The notes: a model not told the origin generated them from the sequence alone. DNA of 64,000 nt from Planctomycetota bacterium (GCA_040755855.1 JBFMAD010000004.1:32001-96000), one strand, 5' to 3'. Counted from the stretch's first letter, positions 1 through 15,747 are shown. Numbers and translations are program-made.

Positions 1-1380
1 CGGCCCAGGGAGATGGCGCGAACGACGAGGGATGCACCCAAGACAGAATCGCCGGCGGCGAAGACCCCCGGAACATTCGTCATGTGCGCCTCGTCCACAC
101 GGATGTTGCCGCGCTGGTCGGTCTCGACGCCGAGGTCCCGGATCAAGGGGCCGTGCTCGACACGGAGGAATCCCAAGGCGAGTAGAACCAGATCAACCTT
201 CAGATCGAACTCCGACCCGGGAATCTCCTTGAACGAACTCCGCCCGCTCTCGTCCGGTCCGGACCATTCGATCCTGATGCAGGAGAGTTTCTTCGCGGCG
301 CCATTTTCGCCCACAAACTCCTTCGTGATGATGCTCCACATCCGCTCGCACCCCTCCTCGTGGGAGGAGGATGTCCGCAGGATGAGGGGCCATGTCGGCC
401 AGGGGTTGTCCTCCAGCCGGTCGCTCGCCGGCTGGGGAAGCAGTTCGATCTGCGTCACACCCTTCGCCCCCTGGCGGATACACGTGCCGACGCAGTCCGA
501 CCCCGTGTCCCCCCCGCCGATCACTACCACGGCCTTCCGCATTGCCGTAATCTCCACATCCTTCGGAATCGCGTCTCCCGCGTTGCGCCGATTCTGCTGG
601 ACGAGAAAGTCCAAAGCAAAGTGGATGCCTTTCAGGTTGCGACCGGGGATATCCAAATCGCGCGGGACACGCGCCCCGGCGGCAATGAGGATGGCGTCGA
701 ACGTCCGCTGCAGGTATCCGGCCGAAAGATCCACACCTGCATCAACGTTCATCTCGAACTTTACGCCTTCCGCCCGGAGTTGTTCGAGGCGGCGATCGAG
801 GATGCGCTTTTCCAGCTTGAAGTCCGGGATGCCGTAGCGCAGAATCCCGCCCACGCGGTCGGCCTTCTCGAAGACGGTCACGTCATGTCCCATGCGCGCA
901 AGCTGCTGGGCAGCGGCCAGGCTCGCCGGGCCGGAGCCGATAATCGCCACGCGCCTGCCCGTTTTCTGCTCGGCAGGCTGCGGCTGGATCCACCCCTCCC
1001 GCCAGCCGCGCTCGATGATCTGCAGCTCGATCTGCCGGATAGACACGGCCTTCTGGTTGATTGACAGGGTGCACGCCGCCTCGCACAAGGCCGGGCAGAT
1101 GCGGCCGGTAATTTCGGGAAAGTTGTTCTTCGCGTGAAGCAGGTCCAGCGCCCGTTGCCACTGGCCCTTGAAGACCATGTCGTTAAAGTCCGGGATGCGG
1201 TTGCTCAGGGGGCAGCCGTAGGCGTGGCACGACGGCACTCCGCAGTCCATGCACCGCGCCGCCTGTTCGCGAAGCTCCTCCAGCGAGAGGGGCTGCTCGA
1301 TTTCCCGGTAGTCCTGAACTCGTTCCCCAATCGGTCGCTTATGCGGGTCTTTGCGTGCGTATTCCAGGAATCCCTTCGGC

Positions 1381-1388
<8 letters not shown>
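1..1388 (-). CDS. gltD: Glutamate synthase small subunit (runs off the window start)
   Basis: Not in the ORF track. ATG at 1388 overlaps the gltB stop and reads [10 protein letters not shown]...[14 protein letters not shown]...CPL, then GSGPAGLAAA (FAD-binding). Confidence 0.95.
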
Positions 1389-5958
<4,570 letters not shown>

Positions 5959-6038
5959 AACGTCTTCTCTTCCACTCCCCAAAGTCCATTATAAACGATC
6001 TCTCCAATTTGTTCAAATCGGTGATGCCATACTCCGGG

Positions 6039-7649
6039 TCAGGGGCGGTAGCGGTTGGAGATCGGCAGCCGTCTGTCCCGCCCGAACGCCTTGGGCGAGA
6101 TCTTCACACCGGGCGTCGCCTGGCGGCGTTTGTATTCGCTGCGGTCCACCATGCGGACGATATCGTGAACGATCTTGGGATCGTAGCCCTGCGCAATAAT
6201 CTCGTCGGGGGCCTTGTCCTGCTCTACGTAAGCCGCGAGGATCGGGTCGAGCACCTCGTAGGGCGGCAGCGTGTCCTGGTCGGTCTGGTTCGGTTTAAGT
6301 TCCGCGGTGGGGGCGCGGTCCAGGACGCTCTTCGGGATGATCTCGCGGCCGGCCTTGCTGTTCAGATACCGAGCCAGCGCATAGACGAGGGCCTTCGGCA
6401 CGTCCTTGATGACGGCGAAGCCGCCGGCCATGTCGCCGTAGAGTGTGCAGTATCCCACGGATATCTCGCTCTTGTTGCCGGTGCTGAGGACCAGCCAACC
6501 GAAATAGTTGGAGAGAGCCATGAGGAAGTTGCCCCGAATGCGCGCCTGGAGATTTTCCCCGGCCACTCCCGGCTCGCCCCCCTCGAAGGGCCCCTGCAAT
6601 GTCTCCAGATAGGCATCAAAAATAGGCTTTATGGGGATCGTGAGGAGCCGAATGCCCAGATTCCTGGCCAGTCGTTCCGCATCGGTGAGTGTTTCGCTCG
6701 ATGTGAACTGTGAAGGCATGGTGACGCCGATCACATTGTCCCGACCTAGCGCTTCGGCGGCGATAGCGGCCGTGAGCGAGGAATCCACGCCGCCGCTCAA
6801 GCCGATGACCACCTTCTCGAAGCCGTTCTTTCGGGTGTAGTCGCGGGTCCCCAGGACGAGGGCCTTATAGACCTCGTCCAGTTCGGTGAGGTCGGCTGCC
6901 TGGGGGCCGCGTCCGGATTCAATCGCCGTCACAAGAATATACTCTTCGAATCGCTTCGCGCTGGTGATCAGATTGCCGTCCGGTCCCATGACGAGACTGC
7001 CGCCGTCGAAGACGAGCTCGTCCTGCCCGCCGACGATATTGGTGTAGCAGAGGAATGCGCCGGTGCGTTGGGCGAATCCACTGAGAATCTTGCGGCGCTG
7101 GCCGAACTTGTCAATATGAAACGGGGAGGCGGATAGATTGAGGACCACCCGGACGTTGTTCATGGCGATATAACGTTCGGCCGCTCCGCCCTCGATCCAG
7201 ATGTCCTCGCAGATAGTGACGGCGATGCGATGGCCGCACACCTCGAAGACGCGGCAGGAGACCCCCGGTTCGAAGTATCTCTTTTCATCGAAAACGCCGT
7301 AGTTCGGCAGCTCCATCTTGTGATAGACCCCGGAGACATGGCCGTTCTCTATCACGGCGGCGGCGTTATAGACCTTGCCGTCGGACTCGTCGGCGAAGCC
7401 GACTACGGCGATGATGTCACGAGTTGCCTGGGCCACATCCTGCAGGGCCTCTCGGGTGTGACGGAGGAAGCGAGGACGGAGAAGGAGGTCCTCCGGCGGG
7501 TATCCACAGATGGCCAGCTCAGGAAAGACGACCACATGGGCGCCCGCTGCCTTCGCGCGGCTGATCCCATCCATGATCTTCTCGGCGTTGCCCTTGAGGT
7601 CGCCCACCGTTGGATTGATCTGGGCCTGGGCAACGTGGAGGATGCTCAT
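6039..7649 (-). CDS. nadE: Glutamine-dependent NAD+ synthetase
   Basis: Nitrilase-like N-terminal domain (FPEL..GYPPEDL, LPNYGVFDEKRYF, ICEDIW) plus a synthetase domain (GLSGGVDS, ENLQARIRG, TGNKSE, YKRRQ). Confidence 0.95.
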   Translation of the reverse strand: MSILHVAQAQINPTVGDLKGNAEKIMDGISRAKAAGAHVVVFPELAICGYPPEDLLLRPRFLRHTREALQDVAQATRDIIAVVGFADESDGKVYNAAAVIENGHVSGVYHKMELPNYGVFDEKRYFEPGVSCRVFEVCGHRIAVTICEDIWIEGGAAERYIAMNNVRVVLNLSASPFHIDKFGQRRKILSGFAQRTGAFLCYTNIVGGQDELVFDGGSLVMGPDGNLITSAKRFEEYILVTAIESGRGPQAADLTELDEVYKALVLGTRDYTRKNGFEKVVIGLSGGVDSSLTAAIAAEALGRDNVIGVTMPSQFTSSETLTDAERLARNLGIRLLTIPIKPIFDAYLETLQGPFEGGEPGVAGENLQARIRGNFLMALSNYFGWLVLSTGNKSEISVGYCTLYGDMAGGFAVIKDVPKALVYALARYLNSKAGREIIPKSVLDRAPTAELKPNQTDQDTLPPYEVLDPILAAYVEQDKAPDEIIAQGYDPKIVHDIVRMVDRSEYKRRQATPGVKISPKAFGRDRRLPISNRYRP

Positions 7650-8062
7650 CCTTCCCTCCCGCCCAGATCCACCCCGTCCGCACTCCACCCGATCCCCGGC
7701 AGGCGAACGCCAAGACGCCGAATTTTGGAGCGGAGGGTGTTGCGATTGATCCCCAGCATCCGCGCGGCGGCGAGTTGATTCCCGCCGGTTTTCTTCAGGG
7801 TCTTTTCAATCATGGGTTTCTCAATCGTCTTCAACACAAAGCGATAGAAACTCTCGCCGGGATTTTCTTCCCGAAAACGCTTCTCAAGGACATCGAGCAT
7901 TTTCGCCGCAGAACAGCCCTCGGGGCACTGCGGGGCGGGCGTCGTCGCGTGGTCCTTTTCGTCGCGAACACTCTGCACCACCACATCGTATCCCTTGCGG
8001 TGGAGCGCATCGAGAACGATGTCCCGCGCTTCGTCCTTTTCGATGACAATCAAGTGGACCAT
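7646..8062 (-). CDS. Small Fis/NtrC-type HTH protein
   Basis: C-terminal TGGNQLAAARMLGINRNTLRSKI (HTH_8). The stop overlaps the nadE start (ATGA). Confidence 0.8.
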   Translation of the reverse strand: MVHLIVIEKDEARDIVLDALHRKGYDVVVQSVRDEKDHATTPAPQCPEGCSAAKMLDVLEKRFREENPGESFYRFVLKTIEKPMIEKTLKKTGGNQLAAARMLGINRNTLRSKIRRLGVRLPGIGWSADGVDLGGREG

Positions 8063-8098
8063 GGCAACGATCCAGAGCCTTGTGAGAATCCCAGCCCG

Positions 8099-9436
8099 TC
8101 AGAGTACAGGCAGGTACTTATCCAGCTCATACTGGCTGACGTGGGTCCGGTAGCGGTCCCATTCGATTTTCTTGTTTGCGATGAATTTTTCGAAGATGTG
8201 ATCGCCCAGGGCCTCTCGGACGACCTCGCTCTTCTCCGTTTCCTCAACGGCCTCGGCCAGGCTGCCGGGCAGGCAGGCGATGCCCCTACGCTTGCGGCCC
8301 TCGGCGGACATCTCGAAGATGTCCTCCTCCACCGGGTCGGGCAGATCGTAGCCCTCCTCCATGCCCCTCAGCCCTGCATTCAGCATAACAGCGAAGGCGA
8401 GATACGGGTTGCAGGCGGGGTCGGGACATCGGAATTCCGCCCGCGTGGCCTTCTCCTTGCCGGGCTTGTACATGGGGATGCGCACGAGCGCAGACCGGTT
8501 CCTCCGTGCCCAGGAGACATAGACCGGGGCCTCGTATCCCGGCACAAGCCGTTTGTAGGAATTAATCCACTGCGCCACCACCGAGCAGATTTCCCGCGCA
8601 TGGGTCAGGAGGCCCGCAATGTAGGACTTGGCCGTGGCCGAGAGGTGATACTCGTCATAAGGGTCGAAAAAGGCGTTTTCCTTCCCCTTGAAGAGCGATT
8701 GGTGCGTGTGCATGCCGCTGCCGTTCTGCCCGAAGATCGGCTTGGGCATGAACGTGCCATAGACGCCGTGCTTCATGGCGACTTCCTTCACCGTTAGGCG
8801 ATAGGTCATGGCGGCGTCGGCCATGAAAAGGGCGTCGGCATAGCGCAGATCAATCTCGTGCTGGCTGGGGGCGACCTCATGGTGGCTGTATTCGACATGT
8901 ATGCCCATCTTTTCGAGGGCGAGGACCGTCTCGCGACGGAGGTCGCTGGCCACATCGAGGGGAGTGAGGTCGAAATACCCACCGGCGTCGAGCGTCTGCG
9001 GAACGCCTTCGGAGCTCTTGAAATAAAAGTATTCAAGTTCCGGCCCAACGTTGTAGGTATAGCCCTTGTCGGCGGCCTTTTTGAGCATCCGTTTCAGGGC
9101 GTAGCGGGGGTCGCCGTCATAGGGGGTTCCATCGGGGTTATGAACGTCGCAGAACATGCGCGCCACGCCGGCCCCCTCGTCCGGCCGCCAGGGCAGGATG
9201 GCAAAGGTGCTGGGGTCGGGCTTGGCGATAACGTCGCTCTCCTCGATGCGAGCGAAGCCCTCGATCGAGGAGCCGTCGAAGCCCATCCCGCTGTCGAGGG
9301 CGTCGTCGAGTTCCTCGACCGTGATGGCGAAACTCTTCAAAAATCCCAACACGTCGGTGAACCACAGGCGAATGAATTTCACCTTGTGGTCCTTGACCGC
9401 CTTCAACACATCTTCCTTCGTCTTACCTTGTGCCAT
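8099..9436 (-). CDS. glnA: Glutamine synthetase type I (alpha-like, 445 aa)
   Basis: FDGSSIEGF, HHEVAPSQHEID, TFMPKP..NGSGMH, KRLVPGYEAP and EFRCPDP motifs. It has F at the adenylylation-site position (EDIFEM). Confidence 0.95.
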   Translation of the reverse strand: MAQGKTKEDVLKAVKDHKVKFIRLWFTDVLGFLKSFAITVEELDDALDSGMGFDGSSIEGFARIEESDVIAKPDPSTFAILPWRPDEGAGVARMFCDVHNPDGTPYDGDPRYALKRMLKKAADKGYTYNVGPELEYFYFKSSEGVPQTLDAGGYFDLTPLDVASDLRRETVLALEKMGIHVEYSHHEVAPSQHEIDLRYADALFMADAAMTYRLTVKEVAMKHGVYGTFMPKPIFGQNGSGMHTHQSLFKGKENAFFDPYDEYHLSATAKSYIAGLLTHAREICSVVAQWINSYKRLVPGYEAPVYVSWARRNRSALVRIPMYKPGKEKATRAEFRCPDPACNPYLAFAVMLNAGLRGMEEGYDLPDPVEEDIFEMSAEGRKRRGIACLPGSLAEAVEETEKSEVVREALGDHIFEKFIANKKIEWDRYRTHVSQYELDKYLPVL

Positions 9437-9586
9437 TTTGCTCTCCTACTTTGCCCTGCATCATTGCGGGCAAGCGTGTGTGAAAACCGTGCGCGACTGC
9501 CCTTCCGATAGGCAGCCTTTGCGAAAAAAAATAACGCCGATCTTCCACACTTGTACTACTACATTTCCGTTCCCTTTACCAGAAGG

Positions 9587-9630
9587 ATCCCGGGAACTTT
9601 GGATTTCCTCAAGTTCCAAGTCCCTGGGAT
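9587..9630 (-). terminator. Imperfect hairpin just after the 470-aa glnA (terminator or RNA-stabilising stem)
   Basis: ATCCCAGGGACTTGGA...TCCAAAGTTCCCGGGAT on the minus strand. There is no U-tract. Confidence 0.35.
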
Positions 9631-9643
9631 GCGTCGTCTCGAT

Positions 9644-11056
9644 TCAACTATCGTAGTAGAGGCTGAACTCGTGCGGGTGCGGGCGGAGCCGAAGCTCGTC
9701 CAGCTCCTTCTCCTTCTTCCAGTTTACCCATGCCTCGATCAGGTCATCCGTAAACACGCCGCCTTCGAGGAGAAAGCCGTGATCGGCCTCCAGGGCGGCA
9801 ACCGCCTCTTCCAGCGCCCCCGGGGTCTTGGGCGTGTTCGCCAGTTCCTCGGCGGACATCTCATAGATGTCCCGATCGAGCGGTTCGCCCGGATCGATCT
9901 TGTTCCGAATGCCGTCAATCGCCGCCATCAATATGGCGGTGAAGGACAGGTAGGGATTGCACGTCGGATCGGGGCAGCGGAACTCGATGCGCTTCGCCTT
10001 TGGGTTCGGCGAGTACATCGGGATTCGCACCGCCGCCGAACGGTTCCGCGCCGACATGCAGAGGTTCACCGGCGCCTCAAAGCCCGGCACCAGCCGCCGA
10101 TAGGAGTTCGTCGTTGGCGCGGCGAAGGCCAGGATCGCCGGGGCATGCTTCAGCACCCCGCCGATGGCATAAAGGCCCAGCGAGCTCAGGCCGGCGTACT
10201 TCTTGCCCGCAAAGAGGGGTGCGCCCTTCTTCCACAGCGAGAAGTGGGTGTGCATGCCGCTGCCGTTGTCCTGAAAGATGGGCTTGGGCATGAACGTCAC
10301 GGTCTTGCCGTACCGCTTGGCCACATTCTTGGTGATGTATTTATACCACATCAGTTGGTCGGCCATCTTTCTGAGGCTCTGATATTTCATGTCAATCTCC
10401 GACTGACCGCCCGTGGCGACCTCATGGTGATGGGCCTCGACCACGATGCCGACCTTGCGCATTTCATACACCATTTCGCCGCGCAGGTTGTGGTAAGTAT
10501 CGGTCGGACTTACGGGGAAGTAGCCGCCTTTGAAGCTCGGCTTGTATCCCAGGTTCGGCTCCTCGAAGCGCGCGCTGTTCCAGGCCCCCTCGATGGAGTC
10601 AATCTGGTACATGCCGGTGTGCTGGTTCTGCTCGTATCGGACCTCGTCGAAGATGAAGAACTCCGGCTCCGGGCCGATGTAGCACGTGTCGGCGATGCCG
10701 GTTTTTTTCATATGCTCCTCGCCCTTCCGGGCCACGTGGCGCGGGTCGCGGGTATAGTCCTCGCGTGTCACCGGGTCCACAATGTCGGCGATGACGCTGA
10801 CGGTCGGTTTCTCGAAGAAGGGATCCAAGACCGCCGTGGCCAGGTCAATGACGGCCATCATGTCCGAGACATGAATGCCCTGCCAGCCGCGGATGGACGA
10901 GCCGTCGAAGCCGAGGCCCTCCTTGAGCGTGTCCTCGTCCAAGCAGTCCAGCGGATAAGAGCAATGCTGCCACGTGCCGAGCAGGTCCACGAACTTGAGG
11001 TCCACCATCTCGGCTTTGTTCTTCTTGCAGAACGAAAAGAATTCCTTTGCCGTCAT
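9644..11056 (-). CDS. glnA: Glutamine synthetase type I (beta-like, 470 aa)
   Basis: [34 protein letters not shown] and RLVPGFEAP motifs. The Tyr in DRDIYEM matches the adenylylation site. Confidence 0.96.
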   Translation of the reverse strand: MTAKEFFSFCKKNKAEMVDLKFVDLLGTWQHCSYPLDCLDEDTLKEGLGFDGSSIRGWQGIHVSDMMAVIDLATAVLDPFFEKPTVSVIADIVDPVTREDYTRDPRHVARKGEEHMKKTGIADTCYIGPEPEFFIFDEVRYEQNQHTGMYQIDSIEGAWNSARFEEPNLGYKPSFKGGYFPVSPTDTYHNLRGEMVYEMRKVGIVVEAHHHEVATGGQSEIDMKYQSLRKMADQLMWYKYITKNVAKRYGKTVTFMPKPIFQDNGSGMHTHFSLWKKGAPLFAGKKYAGLSSLGLYAIGGVLKHAPAILAFAAPTTNSYRRLVPGFEAPVNLCMSARNRSAAVRIPMYSPNPKAKRIEFRCPDPTCNPYLSFTAILMAAIDGIRNKIDPGEPLDRDIYEMSAEELANTPKTPGALEEAVAALEADHGFLLEGGVFTDDLIEAWVNWKKEKELDELRLRPHPHEFSLYYDS

Positions 11057-11129
11057 CGTTTTCCTTACCTCCGAGAGCTATTCCTGAACCAGATCTTCCC
11101 TGCCTTTGAGCAACTTTGACCAGTTCCTG

Positions 11130-11146
11130 AGCAATCCATGTGCCAA
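11130..11146 (-). promoter_or_regulatory. sigma54 (-24/-12) promoter of the glnA-glnA-fis-nadE-gltBD block
   Basis: The minus strand reads TTGGCACATGGATTGCT, matching TGGCAC-N5-TTGCW. Confidence 0.9.
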
Positions 11147-11210
11147 AAATTCAAGCCCTTAATGTGACACACGTTACGACGAAAGGCGTACCTTGCGACC
11201 AGACCTTGGC

Positions 11211-11257
11211 CCTACAATTCTGTAGGATTAGGCCGACCATTCCCACGAAAATGTAGG
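11211..11257. promoter_or_regulatory. Tandem enhancer-like palindromes (UAS)
   Basis: CCTACA-ATTC-TGTAGG (11211-11226) and CCCACG-AAAA-TGTAGG (11242-11257), 31 bp apart and upstream of the sigma54 promoter. Confidence 0.75.
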
Positions 11258-11270
11258 TCCGTTTCCCGCC

Positions 11271-11612
11271 TCAGCCGATGGCCTCGCCCCCCGTCTCGCC
11301 CGTCCGAATCCGAATGCACTCGGGAAGATCAAGGATGAAAATCTTCCCGTCGCCGATCTCGCCCGTCCGCGCCCCTTTGATGATCGCGTTGACCGTCCGG
11401 TCCACAAAATTATCGTTTACTGCAATCTCCAAACGGACCTTCTTGAGCAGGTTGACCTCGACGGCTACGCCGCGGTAGGTTTCCGTGTAACCCCGCTGCT
11501 GCCCGCAGCCCATGGCGTTCGTCACCGAGACTTTATAGACCTCTTCCTTGTAAAGCTCCTGCTTCACGTCCGTAAGCTTTTCGGGTTGAATGTAGGCGAT
11601 GATGAGTTTCAT
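11271..11612 (-). CDS. glnK: Nitrogen regulatory protein P-II
   Basis: [15 protein letters not shown]-loop and [12 protein letters not shown]. It is adjacent to amtB. Confidence 0.93.
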   Translation of the reverse strand: MKLIIAYIQPEKLTDVKQELYKEEVYKVSVTNAMGCGQQRGYTETYRGVAVEVNLLKKVRLEIAVNDNFVDRTVNAIIKGARTGEIGDGKIFILDLPECIRIRTGETGGEAIG

Positions 11613-11625
11613 CCCGCCGCTCCTT

Positions 11626-12948
11626 TCATATCGTTGTAAAGATCTGGAACCCGGCGTACCCCTCCATGCCGTGCTCGCCGATGTCCAGGCCGCGAATCTC
11701 TTCTTCCTTCGACACCCGCAGCCCGATCGTCCGCTTGATCACGTAGAATACCAACGTCATCGTCGCCATGGCAAAGAGCGAGCACACCGCCACACCCATC
11801 AACTGGATGCCAAACTGCGTGAGCCCGCCTCCATGCAGGATGCCGTCGCGCGCCAGGCCAAGCGACTTCTGACCCCAGATGCCCACGGCCAAGGTGCCCC
11901 AGATGCCGTTCATGCCGTGAACAGGGACCGCACCCACGGGATCGTCCACCCTGATCCGGTCCAGGAATGACACGCCGAATACGACAATCACCCCGCCGAC
12001 TGCGCCGATCACAATCGCCGCCGCAGGAGATACGAAGGCGCACGGCGCGGTGATCGCCACCAGCCCCGCCAGCGCCCCGTTCATCGTCATCGAGAGGTCC
12101 GGCTTGCCATACCGCGCCCAGACCGTAATCATGGCCGTGATCGCCCCGGCGCACGCGGCGAGGTTTGTGTTCATGGCCACCCGACCGATCGCTGTGCCAT
12201 CGCCAACCGCAAGCGTGGAGCCGGGATTGAACCCAAACCACCCAAACCACAGGAGGAAGACCCCTAGCGACGCCAGCGGGATCGAGTGGCCGGGGATCAT
12301 CCGCGCCTGGCCGCCGTTGAGAAATTTGCCGATGCGCGGACCCAGCGCTATGGTTCCCACAAACGAGACCCACCCGCCGGTCGCATGGACCACCGTCGAT
12401 CCGGCAAAGTCGCCGAAGCCGAGCTTCGCCAGCCAACCCTCGCCGCACCAGATCCAGTGCCCGATGATGGGATAGACCAGGGTGCTGATGAAAACTGTGT
12501 AGATCAGGTAGGCGGGAAACCGCATCCGCTCGGCCATCGCCCCTGCGACGATCGTCGCCGCCGCTCCGCAAAACGCGGCCTGGAACAGCCAAAAGGCATA
12601 GATCGGCACGCCCGATGGGTTCTCCGCACAGGACATGCCGAAGCCCTTGAGGCCGATCAAACTCGATCCTGTGCCGAACATGAAGGCATAGCCGATAAGG
12701 AAGAACATGATGCACGCCACGCAATAGTCGAGGAAATTCTTCGTCAAAATGTTGCAGACGTTCTTGGCCCGGGTGAATCCTGCTTCCACCATGCCAAAGC
12801 CTGCCTGCATAAAGAAGACCAGGAACGCCGCGATGAGGACCCACACCGTATCCAGGCCCACCGTGGCGCTGCCTGCCGCATCTCCCGCAAAGGCGGCTGA
12901 CGGACTTACCAAGAATAATGCCAGAACAATCAACAATATCTTTTTCAC
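11626..12948 (-). CDS. amtB: Ammonium transporter
   Basis: [43 protein letters not shown] and [11 protein letters not shown] motifs. The start is GTG 12948 or ATG 12975; both have an RBS. Confidence 0.95.
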   Translation of the reverse strand: MKKILLIVLALFLVSPSAAFAGDAAGSATVGLDTVWVLIAAFLVFFMQAGFGMVEAGFTRAKNVCNILTKNFLDYCVACIMFFLIGYAFMFGTGSSLIGLKGFGMSCAENPSGVPIYAFWLFQAAFCGAAATIVAGAMAERMRFPAYLIYTVFISTLVYPIIGHWIWCGEGWLAKLGFGDFAGSTVVHATGGWVSFVGTIALGPRIGKFLNGGQARMIPGHSIPLASLGVFLLWFGWFGFNPGSTLAVGDGTAIGRVAMNTNLAACAGAITAMITVWARYGKPDLSMTMNGALAGLVAITAPCAFVSPAAAIVIGAVGGVIVVFGVSFLDRIRVDDPVGAVPVHGMNGIWGTLAVGIWGQKSLGLARDGILHGGGLTQFGIQLMGVAVCSLFAMATMTLVFYVIKRTIGLRVSKEEEIRGLDIGEHGMEGYAGFQIFTTI

Positions 12949-12992
12949 TTTGGCGTCTCCTTGTCGACTAATCATCAATCCCTCCTTGCACG

Positions 12993-14018
12993 TCAGAACG
13001 AAATCCCCGTCCTGATGCCCAGCCATCCCGTATCGTCCCGCGTCGGCCCCTCACGCAAAGCCGGGTTCACCACCTTGCTCCAGTGGATGCCGGGCGTAAC
13101 CGTAATGTGATCGCCAAACGAGATCGGAAGCCCGCCGTCGATCTGCAGGTCAACCATCGCGCCCTTTCTCACACCATAGTAGAAGTCATTGAACTCGCGC
13201 GACCCCAGGCCGCCGCTGATGCAGGCCTCCGCCCCGACGGTGATGTCTTTCCCGATCTTGAACAGTTCCACGTCGTGTTTGAAGCAGAGCAGGCCGTACT
13301 CCCCTTGACACTCATCCACATCGAAATAAACCTTCAGCGCCGGCTTCAGAAAACAGTCCACGCTCACGCCCGTGTAGAGCTCAGTAGTGGAGTCGGCGCC
13401 TGTGTGTGGGAACGTGTAGGCCACGTATCCCCCCGAGAGAGTAAAGATGCTTACCGGAACGGAGACATCCACGTTATAGTCAATCTCCGTGAATTCGCCC
13501 TTCTGACGGCCATATCCGGCGCGGTCGCCCCAGCGGGTCATGTCCATGTTCCCCCACCAGTTGAAGGACACCGGCCCGTAGCCCACCGTGAAGTCCGGCT
13601 GCCAAACAGGCGCATCCTCAACAGCCAAGCCGCGCCAGACGTATTTCGTGTTGAAGGTCGAGTTGGCCGAGAGCGACAGTTCCTTTAACCAATCGGACTT
13701 GCCTTCACCCTTCAGCGCGGCAGCGTCCGTCTCGCTCACTTCCTTGTTTGAGACCGCGACTCGGCCAGCCTCGACCTCTTCTCGCTTCGCCCCGTCAGCA
13801 ACCCCTTTTGATTCGTCTTTTTCTCCTTTCGCTTTGGGGACATCCTTTTCCGATACGGTACGGTCCACTGACTCTTTGGCACCCATAGGGGGCTGCGGCC
13901 CGCCACAGCCGGAAATCACTACGACCACAAGGCTGGCCACAAGCAGCCAGCGCGCCGCACGGCGCCAGCCCGGCCGTTTACATCCCTCCTTCCTTGGATT
14001 TCCTATCTCGATTGTCAT
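12993..14018 (-). CDS. TorF/Gcw_chp-like outer-membrane beta-barrel with N-terminal lipoprotein-like extension (start uncertain)
   Basis: KYVWRG, PVWQP and EIDY motifs with a C-terminal Phe. Its position upstream of amtB-glnK is typical of the family. ISGC is lipobox-like. Confidence 0.7.
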   Translation of the reverse strand: MTIEIGNPRKEGCKRPGWRRAARWLLVASLVVVVISGCGGPQPPMGAKESVDRTVSEKDVPKAKGEKDESKGVADGAKREEVEAGRVAVSNKEVSETDAAALKGEGKSDWLKELSLSANSTFNTKYVWRGLAVEDAPVWQPDFTVGYGPVSFNWWGNMDMTRWGDRAGYGRQKGEFTEIDYNVDVSVPVSIFTLSGGYVAYTFPHTGADSTTELYTGVSVDCFLKPALKVYFDVDECQGEYGLLCFKHDVELFKIGKDITVGAEACISGGLGSREFNDFYYGVRKGAMVDLQIDGGLPISFGDHITVTPGIHWSKVVNPALREGPTRDDTGWLGIRTGISF

Positions 14019-14036
14019 ATCCTTCAAAGGGAAGAA

Positions 14037-14053
14037 AGCAAGTCCTATGCCAA
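14037..14053 (-). promoter_or_regulatory. sigma54 promoter of the porin-amtB-glnK operon
   Basis: The minus strand reads TTGGCATAGGACTTGCT. Confidence 0.85.
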
Positions 14054-14153
14054 TATCCAGCAGCGACCCGATACGATGCGTTAACTGTTGATGGATCATA
14101 GAGTTATAGATTGATAGTTGGAGGAAAGAGGCGCACCCCGCCCGTCAAAGAAT

Positions 14154-14199
14154 ACTACCCTATTGTAGGATGAAGGCTTAAGTCCTACGCGCCGGTACG
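14154..14199. promoter_or_regulatory. Tandem degenerate enhancer palindromes
   Basis: ACTACC-CTAT-TGTAGG (14154-14169) and CCTACG-CGCC-GGTACG (14184-14199), 30 bp apart. Confidence 0.6.
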
Positions 14200-15747
14200 A
14201 AATCGTTTGGGATCTATCCCGTGCTTGTTAACCCGCAGCCCCATGATGCGCTCGGTCACGCCGAGGGACCGGGCCGCCTTGGCCATGTTGCCGCGGGAGG
14301 ACTTGAGCGCATCGAGGAGTACTTCCCGTTCCACGTTATCAAGCGTCGCCTGAAGGGTCTCGGCGTGAACCGTCCCGCTGGCCTCGGCGGTCTGGAGTGT
14401 GGGGGGAAGGTGATGGCCGTGGATCACGCCGTCCTCGCTCAGGAGCACGGCGCGCTCGATGCAGTTCTCCAGCTCGCGGACGTTGCCAGGCCAGTGGTAG
14501 GCCATGAGCATGTCAATGGCCGGGGTGGAAATTCGGCGGATGGACTTGTGGTTCGCCTTCGCGTATTTTTCGACGAAGAAATCCGCCAAGAGAAGTATGT
14601 CCGTCTTGCGCTCCCGCAGCGGGGGGATGTGAATCGGGAAGACGTTCAGGCGGTAGTATAGGTCCTGGCGAAAATCTCCATCCTCGATCATCTTCTCCAG
14701 ATTGCGGTTCGTCGCGGTGATGATGCGCACGTCCACCTTGATCGTCTCCGTCCCGCCGACCCGCTCGAACTCGCGCTCCTGGAGGACGCGAAGGAGCTTG
14801 ATCTGTGTCGCGGGGGAAAAATCTCCCACCTCATCAAGGAAGATCGTCCCCCCGTGGGCCAACTCGAACCGCCCCTTCCTCTGGCTTAGTGCGGTGGTGA
14901 AGGCGCCCTTCTCGTGGCCGAAAAGCTCGCTCTCCAAGACCGTCTCCGGCAGCGCGGCGCAGTTCACCTTGATGAACGGCCTGCCTGCCCGAAGGCTGTT
15001 GTAGTGAAGGGCATGGGCCACCAGCTCCTTGCCCGTGCCGCTCTCCCCCCGGATCAGCACGGTCGTGTCGCTCTTCGATACCTGCGCGATGAGGTCATAG
15101 ACCGCCTGCATGCTCTTGGCATTCCCGATGATGTTGGAGGGGCGAAAGCGGTCCTTGAGCACCTCCTGCAGGCGGATGTTTTCCTCCAGCAATCGCTGCT
15201 GCTCCTCCTGGGCGGTCTGGCGGAGGCGCACGGCCTGGGCGATCATGGAGGCGATGATTGACATGAGGCGAACGTCCTCTTTGAGGGAGACCTCATCGGA
15301 GAACAACCGGTCCGCGCTCAGGGCGCCGATGACCTCGTTGCCGAGTTTGATGGGCACGCAGATAAACGAGATGTCCTTCTTGCGCAATCCCTTGCGCGCC
15401 TTCGTGCGGTTCAGGAAGAGCGGGTTCTCGGATATGCGCGGCACTACCGCCGGACGCCCCGTCTCCACCACCTGGCCGGTGACGCCCTCGCCCTTTCGAT
15501 ATCGCCCTCGTTCCTGCTGGCTGGCCGAGAGGCCGTGGGCGGCCTCGATGAAGATCTCGCCGGTGTTGCGATCGAGGAGGGTGAGTGTGCCGCGCATCAT
15601 GCCCATGTGCTTGGCCATGGCGCTCAGCATGGGGTCGGCGACGTCGCGCAGGTCAATGCTCCGGTCCAGCGTCTGGCTGATCTCGAAGAGGAGGCTCAGC
15701 TCCTGTACCTCGCGGTTGATCGTCGTTTCTTCGGATTTGCGGGACAT
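14185..15747 (-). CDS. NifA-like sigma54-dependent activator (GAF-AAA+-HTH)
   Basis: GAF domain, [19 protein letters not shown](T)A, WPGNVREL and a C-terminal HTH. The likely start is ATG 15747 (MSRKSEE). Confidence 0.93.
   Translation of the reverse strand: MSRKSEETTINREVQELSLLFEISQTLDRSIDLRDVADPMLSAMAKHMGMMRGTLTLLDRNTGEIFIEAAHGLSASQQERGRYRKGEGVTGQVVETGRPAVVPRISENPLFLNRTKARKGLRKKDISFICVPIKLGNEVIGALSADRLFSDEVSLKEDVRLMSIIASMIAQAVRLRQTAQEEQQRLLEENIRLQEVLKDRFRPSNIIGNAKSMQAVYDLIAQVSKSDTTVLIRGESGTGKELVAHALHYNSLRAGRPFIKVNCAALPETVLESELFGHEKGAFTTALSQRKGRFELAHGGTIFLDEVGDFSPATQIKLLRVLQEREFERVGGTETIKVDVRIITATNRNLEKMIEDGDFRQDLYYRLNVFPIHIPPLRERKTDILLLADFFVEKYAKANHKSIRRISTPAIDMLMAYHWPGNVRELENCIERAVLLSEDGVIHGHHLPPTLQTAEASGTVHAETLQATLDNVEREVLLDALKSSRGNMAKAARSLGVTERIMGLRVNKHGIDPKRFRTGA

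Noticed and set aside
9437..9643. Glutamine (glnA) riboswitch
   Set aside because: Hairpins are present, but I could not match the three-way junction/E-loop consensus.
14185..15747. Calling the activator nifA / nitrogen fixation
   Set aside because: There are no nif genes in the window, and the associated boxes are not TGT-N10-ACA.
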